Shown here: positions 28,172-40,871 of the stretch, piece by piece
Layout: each line of letters begins with the position of its first letter
Numbering within the stretch: the stretch's first letter is position 1
Source: an uncultured Acidimicrobiia bacterium
GTDB taxonomy: Bacteria > Actinomycetota > Acidimicrobiia > IMCC26256 > PALSA-555
Reading direction: 5' to 3'
Assembly (NCBI GenBank): GCA_963809885.1
Contig: CAWELA010000003.1
Location: forward strand, 11,111-75,110
DNA: 64,000 nucleotides
Made by a program: the position numbers and the translations under genes
The notes under the pieces: generated by a model
Databases searched by the model: none
Told to the model about the DNA's origin: nothing
The model's input: the letters and a program-made list of their open reading frames with translations, nothing else

Positions 28172-29281
28172 CTACGTGGCGGGGCCGGGCGCTCCGGGCT
28201 TCGTGCCCTGCGTGGTGGTCGGTGCCTGCGGTCGTCGTCGTCGGGGTCGTGGTGGTCGGGGTCGTCGACGGCGGCGCCGCCGGTCGGGTGGTCGGGGTCG
28301 TCGGCTCCCGGTGGGTCCCGGGCACCTGGGTGCTGCCCTTGGTCTGGATCACCGGCTTGGCTGCGCCGGGCACGGCTTGCCCGTCGAGGTCACAGGCCGC
28401 GTCGAGCGGTCCGTAGATCGCGACGGCGAGCAGGTCCCCGCCCTCCGGGGTGAGGTGCACGCCGTCGCCGGTGCGCACGCGCACCGCTCGTGCCGTCGGG
28501 CCCGGCGAGCGTGGCCGTGTACGTACCGGTCGGCGACGAGAACAGCTGGTACGCGTCGACGTAGGTGGCGCTCGGGTGCCGGGCCACGACAGCGCGCGCG
28601 ATCGTGTTCACCTCGCGCGCGCCCGCATCCTTCTTCTTGTCCTGCAGCGTCGGCGACCCGACCCAGTAGACGGGTCGCGGGTCGTCGCCTGTGCCCTCGA
28701 GGACGCGGACCATCGCCTCGACCCGAGTGGCGTACTCCGCCTTCCACGCAGGCTCGCCACTCGCATCGACCGGCGTCGAGCGTGGTGTGGTCCAGTCGTT
28801 CGCGCCCATGATGAACACCGCGACCTCCGGATTGAGGCGCGCCATCTCCTCGGTCGCGTGCTCCGGCCAGTCGAAGAAGCTCCGGGCTGCTCAGTCCGCT
28901 CGACACCCGTGAGTCGTAGACGGGCTGCACGATCCCGGTCGCCGCGGTCTGGTCGCCGAGCGACGGACCGAGCGAGCCGGCGAGGGAGTCCCCGCCGATC
29001 CAAAGCCGGAGCGGCGACTCCGGCGTCAACGGGGAGCGGCAACCCTCGTCCACGGGCGCGGCTGCGGTCGTGCTCGTGGTCGTGCTGCGGGCCCGCTCGG
29101 CGAGGGCCGGCCGCGCGCCGCCGTGGACGCGCAACGCGTCGGTCACGAACAGCGTGATCACGGCGAGAGCGAGCAGCCCGATCGCGACGGACGCACCGAT
29201 CGCGAGGGCGCGCCGCCGGACGCCGGCGAGCCGCCGATCGTGCGCCTCGGCGAGCGCGGCCCGGACGTCCTCGTCCGCCAT
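28172..29281 (-). CDS. Membrane-anchored SGNH/GDSL-like hydrolase (DUF459-like) with a Pro/Thr-rich C-terminal tail (at least 3 frameshifts)
   Basis: MADEDVRAAL.. plus a TM helix, then ..LRLWIGGDSLAGSLGP.. (GDS block), ..VAVFIMGANDW.. and ..RTGDGVHLTPEGG... The tail is ..PTTTTPTTTT... The stop at 28172 is inferred after a late frameshift. Confidence 0.65.
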
Positions 29282-29287
29282 CGTCGA

Positions 29288-31250
29288 CTACACGATCTCC
29301 ACGGCGGGTGCCTCGACCGCGGCCGGGACGACGTCGGTCGGCACGAAGTCGGTGGGCGACCCGAACGGCACCTCGGCCTCGTCCGCGGCTCGGTCGACCT
29401 GCGTGTGGTACAGGTCGGCGTAGAGGCCGCCCTTCGCGAGCAGCTCGTCGTGGGTGCCCTGGTCGATGATCCGTCCGTCGTCGATCACCACGATCCGGTC
29501 TGCGGCGACGATCGTCGAGAGGCGGTGGGCGATGACCAGCGCGGTCCGACCCTCGAGCGCGTCGGCGAGGGCGCGCTGGATCAGCTGCTCGGACTCCGAG
29601 TCGAGGTGGGCGGTCGCCTCGTCGAGGATCACGATCGCGGGGTTCTTGAGGAGCATGCGGGCGATCGCGACGCGCTGCTTCTCTCCGCCCGACAGGCGGT
29701 ACCCGCGCTCACCCACCACGGTGTCGTACCCGTCGGGGAGGCTCGCGATCAGGTCGTGGATGCGCGCGGCCTTGCAGGCGGCGACGAGGTCGTCGCCGGT
29801 CGCATCCGGCTTCGCGTACTTGAGGTTGTCGGCGATGGTCTCGTGGAACAGGTGCGGGTCCTGCATCACCATGCCGACAGAGTCGCGCAGCGATGCGAGC
29901 GTCACGTCGCGCACGTCGTGCCCGTCGACGAGCACCCGGCCCTCCAGGGCGTCGTGGATGCGGGGCACGAGGAGCGCGGTCGTGGTCTTGCCTGCACCCG
30001 ACGGGCCGACGAGCGCGATGAGCTCGCCGGGCTCCACCCGGAAGGAGACGTCGCGCAGGATCCACTCACTCGGGTCCGTGTCGACCGCCGGCATGCCCTC
30101 CTCGAGCGAGGGGATCGACGACTCCGACGGCGCGGGATGGCGGAACCACACGTGGTCGAACTCGACGTGGCCCTCGGACTTCGGGAGGTCGATCGCTCCG
30201 GGACGGTCGTCGACGAGGGCGGGGAAGTCGAGCACCTCGAAGACCCGCTCGAACGAGACCAAGCGCGGTCATCACGTCGACGCGCGCGTTCGTGAGCTGC
30301 GTGAGCGGTTGGTAGATCTGCCCGACGTAGATCACGAACGCGGCGACGGTACCGATGGAGATGGCGTCCTCGATCGCAAGGCGCCCACCGAGGTAGTAGA
30401 CGACCGCGGTGCCGACCGCGGCGACGAAGCCCAGCGCCGCGAAGAGGATGCGCGAGTACATCGCGGTCGTGATGCCGATGTCACGGACGCGCGCGGCGCG
30501 ACCGCCGAACAGCTCCCGTTCGCGGTCGTGGTTCCCGAACAGCTTCACGACGAGCGCGCCCGAGACGTTGAAGCGCTCCGCCACCGTGTTGTTCATCGAC
30601 GCGTTGAGCTGCATCCCCTCGCGGGTCGCGATCTGCAGTTTCCGCCCGATGCGGCGCGCCGGGATGATGAAGGCCGGGAGCACGATCAGGGTCAGGATGG
30701 TCAGGCGCCACTCGAGCCCGAGCATCACGGTCAGCGTGACGACCAGCGTGATGACGTTCGAGACCACGGTGCCGATCGTCCCGGTGACCGCCTGCTGGGC
30801 GCCGATGACGTCGTTGTTGAGCCGCGACATCAGTGCGCCGGTCTGGGTGCGGGTGAAGAACGACAGTGGGAGCCGCTGCACGTGGTCGAAGAGGGCGACG
30901 CGGAGGTCGAAGATGAGGCCCTCACCGACCTTGGCCGAGTACCACCGCTGGGCGAGCGACAGGCCGGCGCTGGCGATGGCGAGGCCGACGGCGGCGAGGG
31001 CGAGGGCCAGGACGAGCTCGTCGTTCTTCTCGGGCACGGCGGTGTCGAGCAGCGCCCGGAACAGGAGGGCCGGGATCACCGCGACCACCGCGGATGCGAT
31101 GACCGTGACGAGGAACCCGATGAGCGCACCGCGGTAGGGACGGGCGAGGCGCAGGACGCGACGGATGATCTCGCGTTCGACCTTCCGGCCGTTCACGACG
31201 TCGGGGTCGCGACGGAATCCCATCATCGTCTGATGCATCTGCATACCCAT
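29288..31250 (-). CDS. ABC exporter, fused permease plus ATPase (MsbA/MdlB-like; one frameshift near 30260)
   Basis: ATG 31250 (MGMQMHQTMMGF..). The six-TM domain lies in ORF 30066..31592. The NBD lies in ORF 29288..30262 with Walker A GPSGAGKTT, signature LSGGEKQR and Walker B ILDEAT. Confidence 0.85.
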
Positions 31251-31321
31251 TGCGGCACCCAAACTACTGACCCGGGAAGCAGGATCCTCACCGGTGTCCG
31301 TGCTGCAACACTTGTCGACGC

Positions 31322-33987
31322 ATGAACCTTTCCTGGCCGCTCGTCGGGCGTGACGAGGAGCTCGCCGGCCTCGCGGCGGCCATCGACGCGTGCGAGGCAG
31401 GGGTCGTGCTCGCCGGGCCACCCGGCGTGGGCAAGACCCGGCTGGCCACCGAGTCGGTGGCACTGGCCACGGCTCGGGGCTGGCAGCACGCGGTCGTGCG
31501 TGCGAACCGCAGCGCCCGCACCATCCCGTTCGGTGCGTTCGCTCCGCTGCTGCCGGCGCTCGAAGGGGTGGCGGACGGGCAGGCCGACGCACTGCGGCTG
31601 GCGTGCGATGCCATCGTGGCGGGCGCTGCGGGCTCCCCGCTCCTCCTCGTCGTCGACGACGCCCACGAGCTCGACGAGTCCTCCGCCGCGCTCCTCCTCC
31701 TGCTCGCCGGTCGCCCCGAGGTCTTCGTCGTGGCGACGGTGCGCACCGACGACCGGCCGATCCCCGAAGCGTTGGTGAATCTGTGGAAGGACGAGGTGCT
31801 CACGCGCGTCGAGGTGGACGGACTCTCGGCGGCAGCCACCGAACAGCTCGTCGGCGAGGCGCTCGGAGGCCCGGTCGACGGACTCACCGCCCACATGCTG
31901 TGGAGCACGAGCGGCGGGAACGCCCTGTTCCTCCGCGAGCTCGTCGTGGGCGCGGTCGATGCCGGCACGTTGCAGGAGCACCGCGGGATGTGGCGGCTGG
32001 TGGGTGCGCTGTCACCGTCGACGCGCATGGGCGAGGTCGTTGGACTCCGGCTCGGTTCCGTCGACGACGACGCACGCGCCGCGATGGAGGTCGTGAGCGT
32101 GGGCGAGCCGGTCGGGATCACCGACCTCGAGGCACTCGCATCGCCGGACGCCATCGACGTGCTCGAGCGGCGCGGGCTCGTCGAGGTCGTCATCGAGGGC
32201 GCGCGTCAGCAGGTGCGCATGGCGCATCCGCTCTACGGCGAGGTGGTGCGGGCGGGGATCCCGGTGCGCCGCCGGCAGGAGATCTGCCGAACGCTCGCCG
32301 ACCGGATCGAGGCACGTGGGACGAGGCGCCGTGAAGACACGCTTCGCGTCGCGCTGTGGCGGCTCGATGGCGGTGGGCCAGGCCGCGCCGACGTGCTGAT
32401 CGAGGGCGCGACCCAGGCTCGCTACGCCGCGGACGTCGCCCTCGCCGAACGGTTGGCTCGCGCCGCGTGGATGCAGGCGCCGGACGCAGAGAACGCGTCG
32501 TTGCTCGGTGAGACCCTCGACGCGCTCGGCCGTCATGCCGAGGCGGAAGACGTGCTCAGCGCGGGCGAGGCCCTGGTCACGAACGGTCGACAGCGCACGA
32601 TGATCGCCCTCGCGCGCTCGTCGAACCTGTTCCGCGGCCTCGGCCGTGCGCCGGAGGCTGACGCGGTGATCGCGGCGGCGGAAGAGCGGGTGGACGCCCC
32701 GGAGCTCCTCGACGAGCTGTGCGGTCAGCGCGCGATCCACGTGTTGTTCGAGGGTCGCATCGACGATGCGATCGCGATCGTCGATCCCCTGCTGGAGCGC
32801 AAGGGCGACGCGGACCGAGCGTTCGTGCACGGCGCGCTCGCGGGGGCGGTCGCGCGGGCACTCGCGGGCCGGACCGCCGAAGCGATCGAGATCGCCGACC
32901 GGGCGTTCGACGCCCGGGTGGCGCTCGGCGATCAGATGCAGATCGCCGGACCCGGCATCTACCTGGTCGCGCGTGCCCTCGCGCTGGTCGAGGCCGGGCG
33001 GCTCGAGGAGGCCGAGGGCACCGCCCGACTCGGGTACGACGGTGCGACGGAACGGCAGATCCGGGACGGGCAGTCGTGGTTCTCGGTCATCCTCGGACGG
33101 ATCTCGTTGCACCGGGGCGCGCGGCCGCGGCGGCGCGCTGGTTCCGGGAGGCGGCGCTCGTCTATGACGACTTCGACCACCCCGGTGCCCGCTGGGGGTA
33201 CGCAGGTCTCGCACACGCGCTCGCGCTCACCGGCGACCTCGAGGGTGCCGATGCCGCGCTGGCCGACCTCGATGCCGAGCCGAGCACCCCGCTGCGGATG
33301 ATGGACCCGGAGATCGATCGTGCCCGCGCGTGCGTGCTCGCCCAACGAGGGGAGTACTCGCTCGCGGTCGAGATGCTCCGCCGAGCGGCTCGCTTCGCGG
33401 CGGACTGCGGGAGTCGGGCCCTGGAGGCGACCGCGCTCCACGACATCGTCCGACTGGGGGAGGACGAGGCGTCGCTTGCCCGCCTGCGCGAGCTCGCGAC
33501 GGTGCTCGACGGAGCGTTCATGCCGGCTCGGTTGACGCATGCCGAGGCACTCTCGGGTCACGACGCCGAGCAGTTCGAGCGCGCGGCGGAAGCGTTCGAG
33601 GACATCGGGGCCCACCTCGACGCGGCCGAAGCGGCGGCCGGCGCGGCGCGCGCGTTCACCCGGGACGGACTGGCCCGCCGGGCCGCGGAGGCGACGCAAC
33701 GGGCGGCCCGGCTCGCGGCCGGGTGCGAAGGTGCGCGGACCCCGGCGCTGCGGGTCGGCATCGAGACGACGCCGCTCACCCGCCGGGAGCGGGAGGTCGC
33801 CGAGCTCGCGGCCAGGGGGATGGCGAGCAAGGAGATCGCGGAGAAGCTCTTCGTGAGCGCACGCACGGTCGAGAACCACCTGCAGCGGGCGTACGAGAAG
33901 CTCGGGGTGCGGGGTCGACCCGAGCTCGCCGAGATGCTCGGGGTGCCGATGCCCGACGATCCACAGCGCCCATCGGACATCCGGTGA
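31322..33987 (+). CDS. Large ATP-binding LuxR-family transcriptional regulator (LAL/MalT-like; one frameshift near 33120)
   Basis: N-terminal P-loop GPPGVGKTRLA, a long helical/TPR-like middle and a C-terminal LuxR HTH (..LTRREREVAELAARGMASKEIAEKLFVSARTVENHLQRAYEKLGV..) read in ORF 32719..33987. Confidence 0.85.
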
Positions 33988-34003
33988 GCAGATCGGCGAT
34001 GCT

Positions 34004-35171
34004 GTGGTCGTGACCGAGACCGACATCGAGCTCCGGGGCGAGCTGGTCGCCACGGTGCGACGCTTCGTCGAGCAGGATGTCCTGCCGGTCGCCTCCGAGA
34101 TGGAGCACGCGGACGAGTACCCGGCGGCGATCGTCGCGACGATGGCCGAGCTCGGGCTGTTCGGCGTGACGATCCCGGAGGAGTACGGCGGGCTCGGGCT
34201 CGACCTGCTCACCTACATCGGGGTGATCGAGGAGCTCGCCGCCGGCTGGATGTCGCTGTCGGGCATCGTCAACACCCACGTGATGGCGGCGAACCTGTTG
34301 AAGGCCGAGGGGACCGAGGAGCAGAAGCGGCGGTGGCTCCCCCGTCTCGCCACCGCGGAGATCCGCGGGTGCCTGTCGTTGTCGGAGCCCGACGCCGGGA
34401 CCGACACGAGCGCGATCACGTGCCGCGCGGTGCGCGACGGCGACGAGTACGTGATCACCGGCACCAAGACGTGGGTGACGAACGGCCAGCGGGCCGGACT
34501 CATCGCCCTCGCGGCCCGCACCGACGAGGGCATCACGTGCTTCATGGTCGAGAAGGAGCCGGGCGCCGCGCAGACCGGTGGGATCACCGTCAGCCGCAAC
34601 ATCTCGAAGCTCGGGTACAAGGGCCTCGAGACCGTCGAGATGTCGTACGACGGGCACCGCGTGCCGGCCGACTGCGGTCCTCGGCGGCGAGGCGGGTCTC
34701 GGCCGGGGGCAGCACTTCATCCTGTCGGCGCTCGAGGTCGGGCGGATCAACATCGCGGCGCGGTCGGTGGGGGTCGGGCGCGCCGCGTTCGAGGCGGCGC
34801 TCGGGTACGCACAGCAACGGGAGACCTTCGGGAAGCCGATCGCCCAGCACCAGGCGATCCAGCTCAAGCTGGCCGACATGGCGACGAAGCTCGAGGCGGC
34901 GCGGCTGCTCGCGCAGAGCGCGGCCAAGAAGAAGGATGCGGGCGAGCGCTGCGACGTCGAGGCCGGGATGGCCAAGCTGTTCGCCAGCGAGGCGGCGTTC
35001 GAGATCGCGACCGACGCGATGCGCATCCACGGGGGAGTCGGCTACACGACCGAGCTCCCGATCGAGCGGTACTACCGCGACGCACCGCTGATGATCATCG
35101 GCGAGGGCACCAACGAGATCCAGCGCATCGTCATCGCCCGGGGCCTGCTCGCCCGTCACCCCCTCTCGTAG
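34004..35171 (+). CDS. Acyl-CoA dehydrogenase (one frameshift near 34672)
   Basis: ..MAELGLFGVTIPEEYGG.., ..CLSLSEPDAGTD.. and ..GTKTWVTNG.. are present. After the shift come ..RINIAARSVGVGRAAFEAALGYAQQRETFGKPI.. and ..MRIHGGVGYTTELPIERYYRDAPLMIIGEGTNEIQ... Confidence 0.85.
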
Positions 35172-35181
35172 GCTGAGCAGC

Positions 35182-35688
35182 ATGACGGTTCACGAGCGCC
35201 CGTTCGGCCGGTACTACGAGGACTTCGAGCCCGGCGACGTCTACCAGCACTGGCCCGGCAAGACGATCACCGAGGCCGACGACCACCTCTTCTGCATGAT
35301 CACGATGAACCACCATCCGTTGCACACGGACGCCTGGTTCGCCGAGACGCAGACGCAGTTCGGGAAGAACGTCGTGGTCGGCAACCTCGTGTACTCCCTC
35401 GTGCTGGGGATGAGCGTGCCCGACGTCAGCGGCGTCGCGATCGCGAACCTCGAGGTCGAGGAGCTCAAGCACCAGCGCCCCACCTTCCACGGCGACACGA
35501 TCTACGCGGAGACGAAGGTGCTCGAGAAGAAGGAGTCGTCGAGCAAGCCCGACCGGGGTGTGGTGACCGTCGAGACACGCGGCTTCAACCAGCGCGGCGA
35601 AGAGGTCTGCTCCTTCCGCCGCAAGGTGATGGTCCCCAAGCGCGAGGCCGCCAAGCCGCGCCGGCGTCCGTACACGTCACCCGAGTAG
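35182..35688 (+). CDS. MaoC-family (R)-specific enoyl-CoA hydratase/dehydratase (single hot-dog)
   Basis: Intact 168-aa ORF, 10 nt after the ACAD stop. ..FEPGDVYQHWPGKTITEADDHLFCMITMNHHPLHTD.. is the MaoC hydratase motif region. Confidence 0.8.
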   Translation: MTVHERPFGRYYEDFEPGDVYQHWPGKTITEADDHLFCMITMNHHPLHTDAWFAETQTQFGKNVVVGNLVYSLVLGMSVPDVSGVAIANLEVEELKHQRPTFHGDTIYAETKVLEKKESSSKPDRGVVTVETRGFNQRGEEVCSFRRKVMVPKREAAKPRRRPYTSPE

Positions 35689-35699
35689 CGAACTCGACG

Positions 35700-36137
35700 G
35701 TGGCCGCGCCCGACGGGTCCGACTGCCGCTTCTGCCGGATCGCCGCCGGGGAGATCCCCGCCGCAGTCGTCCACGAGACCGAGACGGCGGTCGCGTTCCT
35801 CGATCACCGCCCGCTCTTCGTCGGACACACGCTCGTCGTGCCGCGCCGTCACGTCGAGACGCTGCGGGACCTGCCGACCGACCTCGTCGGCCCGTACTTC
35901 GCCGACGTGCGGCGCCTCGCGGTCGCGGTCGAGGACGGGCTCGACGCGCACGGCACCTTCGTCGCCGAGAACAACGTGGTGAGCCAGAGCGTCCCGCATC
36001 TCCACGTCCACGTCGTCCCGCGCCGGCGGAAGGACGGGCTCCGGGGATTCTTCTGGCCCCGCACGACGTACGCCGACGCCGCCGAGATGGCGCAGACCTC
36101 AGCCGCGATCCGTGCGGCACTGCCACGGGACGGATGA
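35700..36137 (+). CDS. HIT (histidine triad) family protein
   Basis: ..CRFCRIAAGEIPAAVVHETE.. and the triad SVPHLHVHVVPR are present. Confidence 0.85.
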   Translation: MAAPDGSDCRFCRIAAGEIPAAVVHETETAVAFLDHRPLFVGHTLVVPRRHVETLRDLPTDLVGPYFADVRRLAVAVEDGLDAHGTFVAENNVVSQSVPHLHVHVVPRRRKDGLRGFFWPRTTYADAAEMAQTSAAIRAALPRDG

Positions 36138-36169
36138 CGTTGCCGAAGATGTAGTGGTGTAATAAGGTA

Positions 36170-36707
36170 ATGCCAATGCCGAAGCAGCCCGTCGCCGACG
36201 CCGCCGAGCTGGTCGCCTGGTTCACCGGGCGGCTCCCCGATGGCTGGTTCACCGTCGCCCCGGAGGTCACCGTCGACCGTGACGAGATCCTCGTCGTCGG
36301 CACGCTCCCCGAGCCCGAGCACGCCAAGGACGCCGACGCGGACACCCGCCGCGCGGCGAGCGCGGCGCGGATCCAGGGCTTCCGCGAGGACACGCGGGAG
36401 CAGCGGATGCGGGTCGCCGACGAGGCGGAGCACCGCTTCGGGCGCAAGGTGGCGTGGGGTGCCCGGTGCGGAGACCACGGGCTCGTCTTCACCCACCTCA
36501 GCGTCCCGGTCATGACGCGCCTGCGGATGAGCGAACGACCGCGTGCTCGACACCCTCGTCGACGCCGGCGTGGCCCGGAGCCGCAGCGATGCCCTCGCCT
36601 GGTGCGTGCGCCTCGTGAAGGAGCACCAGGGCGAGTGGGTCGAGGCGCTGCGTGACGCACTCGTCCACGTCGAGCGCGTGCGCGCCGACGGCCCGACCCC
36701 CGCCTGA
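36170..36707 (+). CDS. Conserved hypothetical protein (one frameshift near 36535)
   Basis: MPMPKQPVADAAELVAWFTGRLPDGWF..RIQGFREDTREQRMRVADEAEHRFGRKVAWG.. After the shift it reads ..VLDTLVDAGVARSRSDALAWCVRLVKEHQGEWVEALRDAL..-TGA at 36707. The gene is preceded by an unusually AT-rich 30 nt. Confidence 0.5.
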
Positions 36708-36769
36708 TCGGCGGCCGCGGGCCGGCGGACGCCCGCCGCACCAATCGTTTGTCCCCGAATAGTTCGTCT

Positions 36770-36782
36770 GCTAATCATTAGC
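36770..36782. promoter_or_regulatory. Inverted repeat GCTAAT-C-ATTAGC, candidate MarR operator
   Basis: Perfect 6+6 inverted repeat, 5 nt upstream of the marR-family start codon (36788), in a locally AT-richer stretch. Confidence 0.4.
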
Positions 36783-36787
36783 CCGCG

Positions 36788-37237
36788 ATGCAAGATCCCC
36801 CGCACCACGAGCTCCTGGGCCGCCGGCTCGGCCGCACCGGCAAGCTCTCGCGGAAGTGGTTCGACGCGCGCCTGGCCGAGGCCGGTGGCGACCTCACCAC
36901 CTGGATCGTCCTGAACAACATCGCCGACGAGCCCAGCCAGAAGGAGCTCGCCGCCCACATGTGGATCGAGCCCGCGACCCTCGTCGCGCACCTCGACCGC
37001 CTCGAGCGCGACGGCGTCGTCGAGCGCCGCCGTGATCCCGATGACCGTCGCGTCATCCGCGTCGTCGTCACCCCGGCCGGCAGGCAGCTGCAGGGTCGCC
37101 TCCAGGAGGTGGCGACCGCCTGCGACGCCGAGCTGCGCGCCTTGCTCCCCACGAAGGACCAGCAGGTGCTCGAGCGGTCGCTCGCCCGTCTCTTCGAGCA
37201 CTTCACCACCACATCGAACCCGAAGGCAGGTCGCTGA
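36788..37237 (+). CDS. MarR family transcriptional regulator
   Basis: Intact 149-aa ORF with a winged HTH (..SQKELAAHMWIEPATLVAHLDRLERDGVVERRRDPDDRRV..). Confidence 0.85.
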   Translation: MQDPPHHELLGRRLGRTGKLSRKWFDARLAEAGGDLTTWIVLNNIADEPSQKELAAHMWIEPATLVAHLDRLERDGVVERRRDPDDRRVIRVVVTPAGRQLQGRLQEVATACDAELRALLPTKDQQVLERSLARLFEHFTTTSNPKAGR

Positions 37238-38207
37238 TGACCACTGACACGCGCATCGCCACCGACGAGGTGATCCGCACCGAGGCGCTCACGAAGGTGT
37301 ATCCGGGCGACATCCGCGCGGTCGACGGTCTCGACCTCGCGGTGCGCGCCGGCGAGATCTTCGGGCTCCTCGGACCGAACGGCGCCGGGAAGACGACGAC
37401 CGCCGGCATGCTCACCACCCGCGTGATCCCCACGAGCGGGCGTGCCCTGGTGGGCGGCGTCGACGTCGTCGCGCACCCGGTCGCCGCCAAACAGGTGATC
37501 GGGGTCGTCCCGCAGACCAACACGCTCGACCGGTCGCTCAACGTCTGGGAGAACCTCTACTTCCACGGGCGGTTCTTCGGGATGAGCGCGCGCACGTCGC
37601 ACGCGCCGAGGCGGACCGTCTGCTCGAGCAGTTCCGTCTCGCCGACCGGGCCAAGGTCTCGACCAACGCGCTCTCCGGCGGGATGGCGCAGCGTCTGATG
37701 GTCGCTCGGGCGATCATGCACCGTCCGGCCATCCTCTTCCTCGACGAGCCGACCGCGGGCCTCGACCCGCAGAGCCGCATCGCCCTCTGGGACATCCTCG
37801 GCGAGCTGCACCAGGGCGGGCAGACGATCCTCCTCACCACCCACTACATGGAGGAGGCCGACGAGCTCTGCGACCGGGTCGCGATCATCGACCACGGCAA
37901 GCTCCTCGCGCTGGACACGCCCGATGCGCTGAAGCGGGCCACCGGCGCCGACACGTTCGTCACGGTCTCCGCCGCCGGCGACCTCGTGGCGATGGCGACG
38001 TACCTCGCCGAGCACGTCGACGGCGTCGAGCGTGCCGACCAGGTGGAGGACACGGTGCGCCTCAACGTGCGGGGCACCGAGCACGTGCTCCCCGCGGTCG
38101 TCACCGCGGCCGAGCGTGGCGGCTTCACCGTCACCGACCTCTCGATCACGGCTCCCACGCTCGAGACCGTGTTCATCGACCTCACCGGGAAGGACCTCCG
38201 CGAATGA
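37237..38207 (+). CDS. ABC transporter ATP-binding protein (DrrA-like; 2 frameshifts near 37590-37680)
   Basis: TGATG junction with marR. Walker A GPNGAGKTT. After the shifts come the signature ..LSGGMAQRL.. and Walker B LFLDEPTAGLD (ORF 37683..38207). Confidence 0.85.
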
Positions 38208-39070
38208 CGACGCTCGAAACACCAACACCTGCGACGCCGATCGCGACGAATGACCTCGCCCCGGCGCGCACGCCACGCGCGGCCGCCGTCGTCGCGTTCG
38301 GCGCGCTCCTGTCCCGCGACCTCACGGTCACCCGCAAGCACCTGGGCGAGGTCGTGCCCCGCACGCTGCTCCAACCCCTGTTGCTCGTCTTCGTGTTCAC
38401 GTACGTGTTCCCGAAGATCGGGCAGGGCGTCGGCGGTGCGGTGGGCGACGCGACCGGATCGTTCTCGACGCTCCTCGTCGCCGGGGTCATCGCACTCGCG
38501 ATCATCTTCCAGGGCATCCAGTCCGTCGCGCTGCCGATGGTCCAGGAGTTCGGTTACACGCGGGAGATCGAGGATCGAGTGCTCGCGCCGCTGCCCGTCT
38601 CCCTCGTCGCCTTCGAGAAGATCATCGCCGGCGCGATCATCTCGTTCTTCTCGGCGCTCCTCGTGTTCCCGATCGCCGCGATCGTCCCCGCGACCCCGGT
38701 GAACCTCGAGATCGACTGGCCTGTCCTGATCACGCTCATGCCGCTCACCTGCGTGATGGCCGGTGCGTTCGGTCTCACCTTCGGCACGCGGTTCGAGCCC
38801 AGGAACGTGCCGATCCTCTTCGGTGTGATCGTCCTCCCCATCACGTTCCTCGGCGCCATCTACTACTCGTGGTCGGCGCTCGAGCCGATCCGGTGGCTCC
38901 AGCTGCTCGTGCTCGTGAACCCGCTCGTCTACATGAGCGAGGGGTTCCGGGCCGCGCTGACCCCGTCGGCCCACATGAGCCTGTGGGCGGTGTACGGCGC
39001 GCTGACCGGCTTCACGATCCTGTTCACCTGGCTCGGGATCCGTGGCTTCAAGCAACGCGTCGTGACCTGA
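38204..39070 (+). CDS. ABC-2 type transporter permease
   Basis: Intact 288-aa ORF overlapping the ATPase stop. It has six hydrophobic helices typical of ABC-2 (DrrB-like) permeases. Confidence 0.8.
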   Translation: MTTLETPTPATPIATNDLAPARTPRAAAVVAFGALLSRDLTVTRKHLGEVVPRTLLQPLLLVFVFTYVFPKIGQGVGGAVGDATGSFSTLLVAGVIALAIIFQGIQSVALPMVQEFGYTREIEDRVLAPLPVSLVAFEKIIAGAIISFFSALLVFPIAAIVPATPVNLEIDWPVLITLMPLTCVMAGAFGLTFGTRFEPRNVPILFGVIVLPITFLGAIYYSWSALEPIRWLQLLVLVNPLVYMSEGFRAALTPSAHMSLWAVYGALTGFTILFTWLGIRGFKQRVVT

Positions 39071-39142
39071 GTCACACTTCCCCCCTGGGCCTGTTTGAGG
39101 TCGCCGGAGTGCGTGGCTATCCTCCTCTCCGTGCCGGGGGCA

Positions 39143-40544
<1,402 letters not shown>

Positions 40545-40557
40545 GCGAGCGTTCGCC

Positions 40558-40762
40558 GTGGCCGAGCCGCTCGCGGGACGGGTGGTCGTCGTGGTCGGCG
40601 AGGACGGCACGAAGGTCGGTGCTGCCGTGCGCGTCCTCACCGACGCCGGTGCCCGCGCCGCCGGCTTCGTCGGCGATCCGGGGACCGAGCGCTGCCGCGC
40701 TCGCCGAGATGGTCGCCGAGCTGTTCCCCGAACGGTCGGGCGACGCTCCGGAACCCGCCTGA
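40558..40762 (+). CDS. Small hypothetical protein (Rossmann-like N-terminal fragment; one frameshift)
   Basis: VAEPLAGRVVVVVGEDGTKVGAAVRVLTDAGARAAGFVGDPG.. is followed by ..AAALAEMVAELFPERSGDAPEPA-TGA at 40762. It is short and its function is unknown. Confidence 0.3.
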
Positions 40763-40871
40763 CCGCAGACTGCTCGCGGGAAGGGTCCCGGGCAACCCCA
40801 CTGGTACTGTCGAGCCGTCGCCCCGAGCGCGTCCGAGCTGCCGGGGACGACCCAAGAGAGCGAGTCGGCGA

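Noticed and set aside
36138-36169. Promoter call in the AT-rich stretch TTGCCGAAGATGTAGTGGTGTAATAAGGTAATG
   Set aside because: TTGCCG plus TAAGGT at 17-nt spacing is plausible, but the -10 would lie only about 4 nt from the ATG. That fits only a leaderless transcript. I judged it too speculative to list as a feature.
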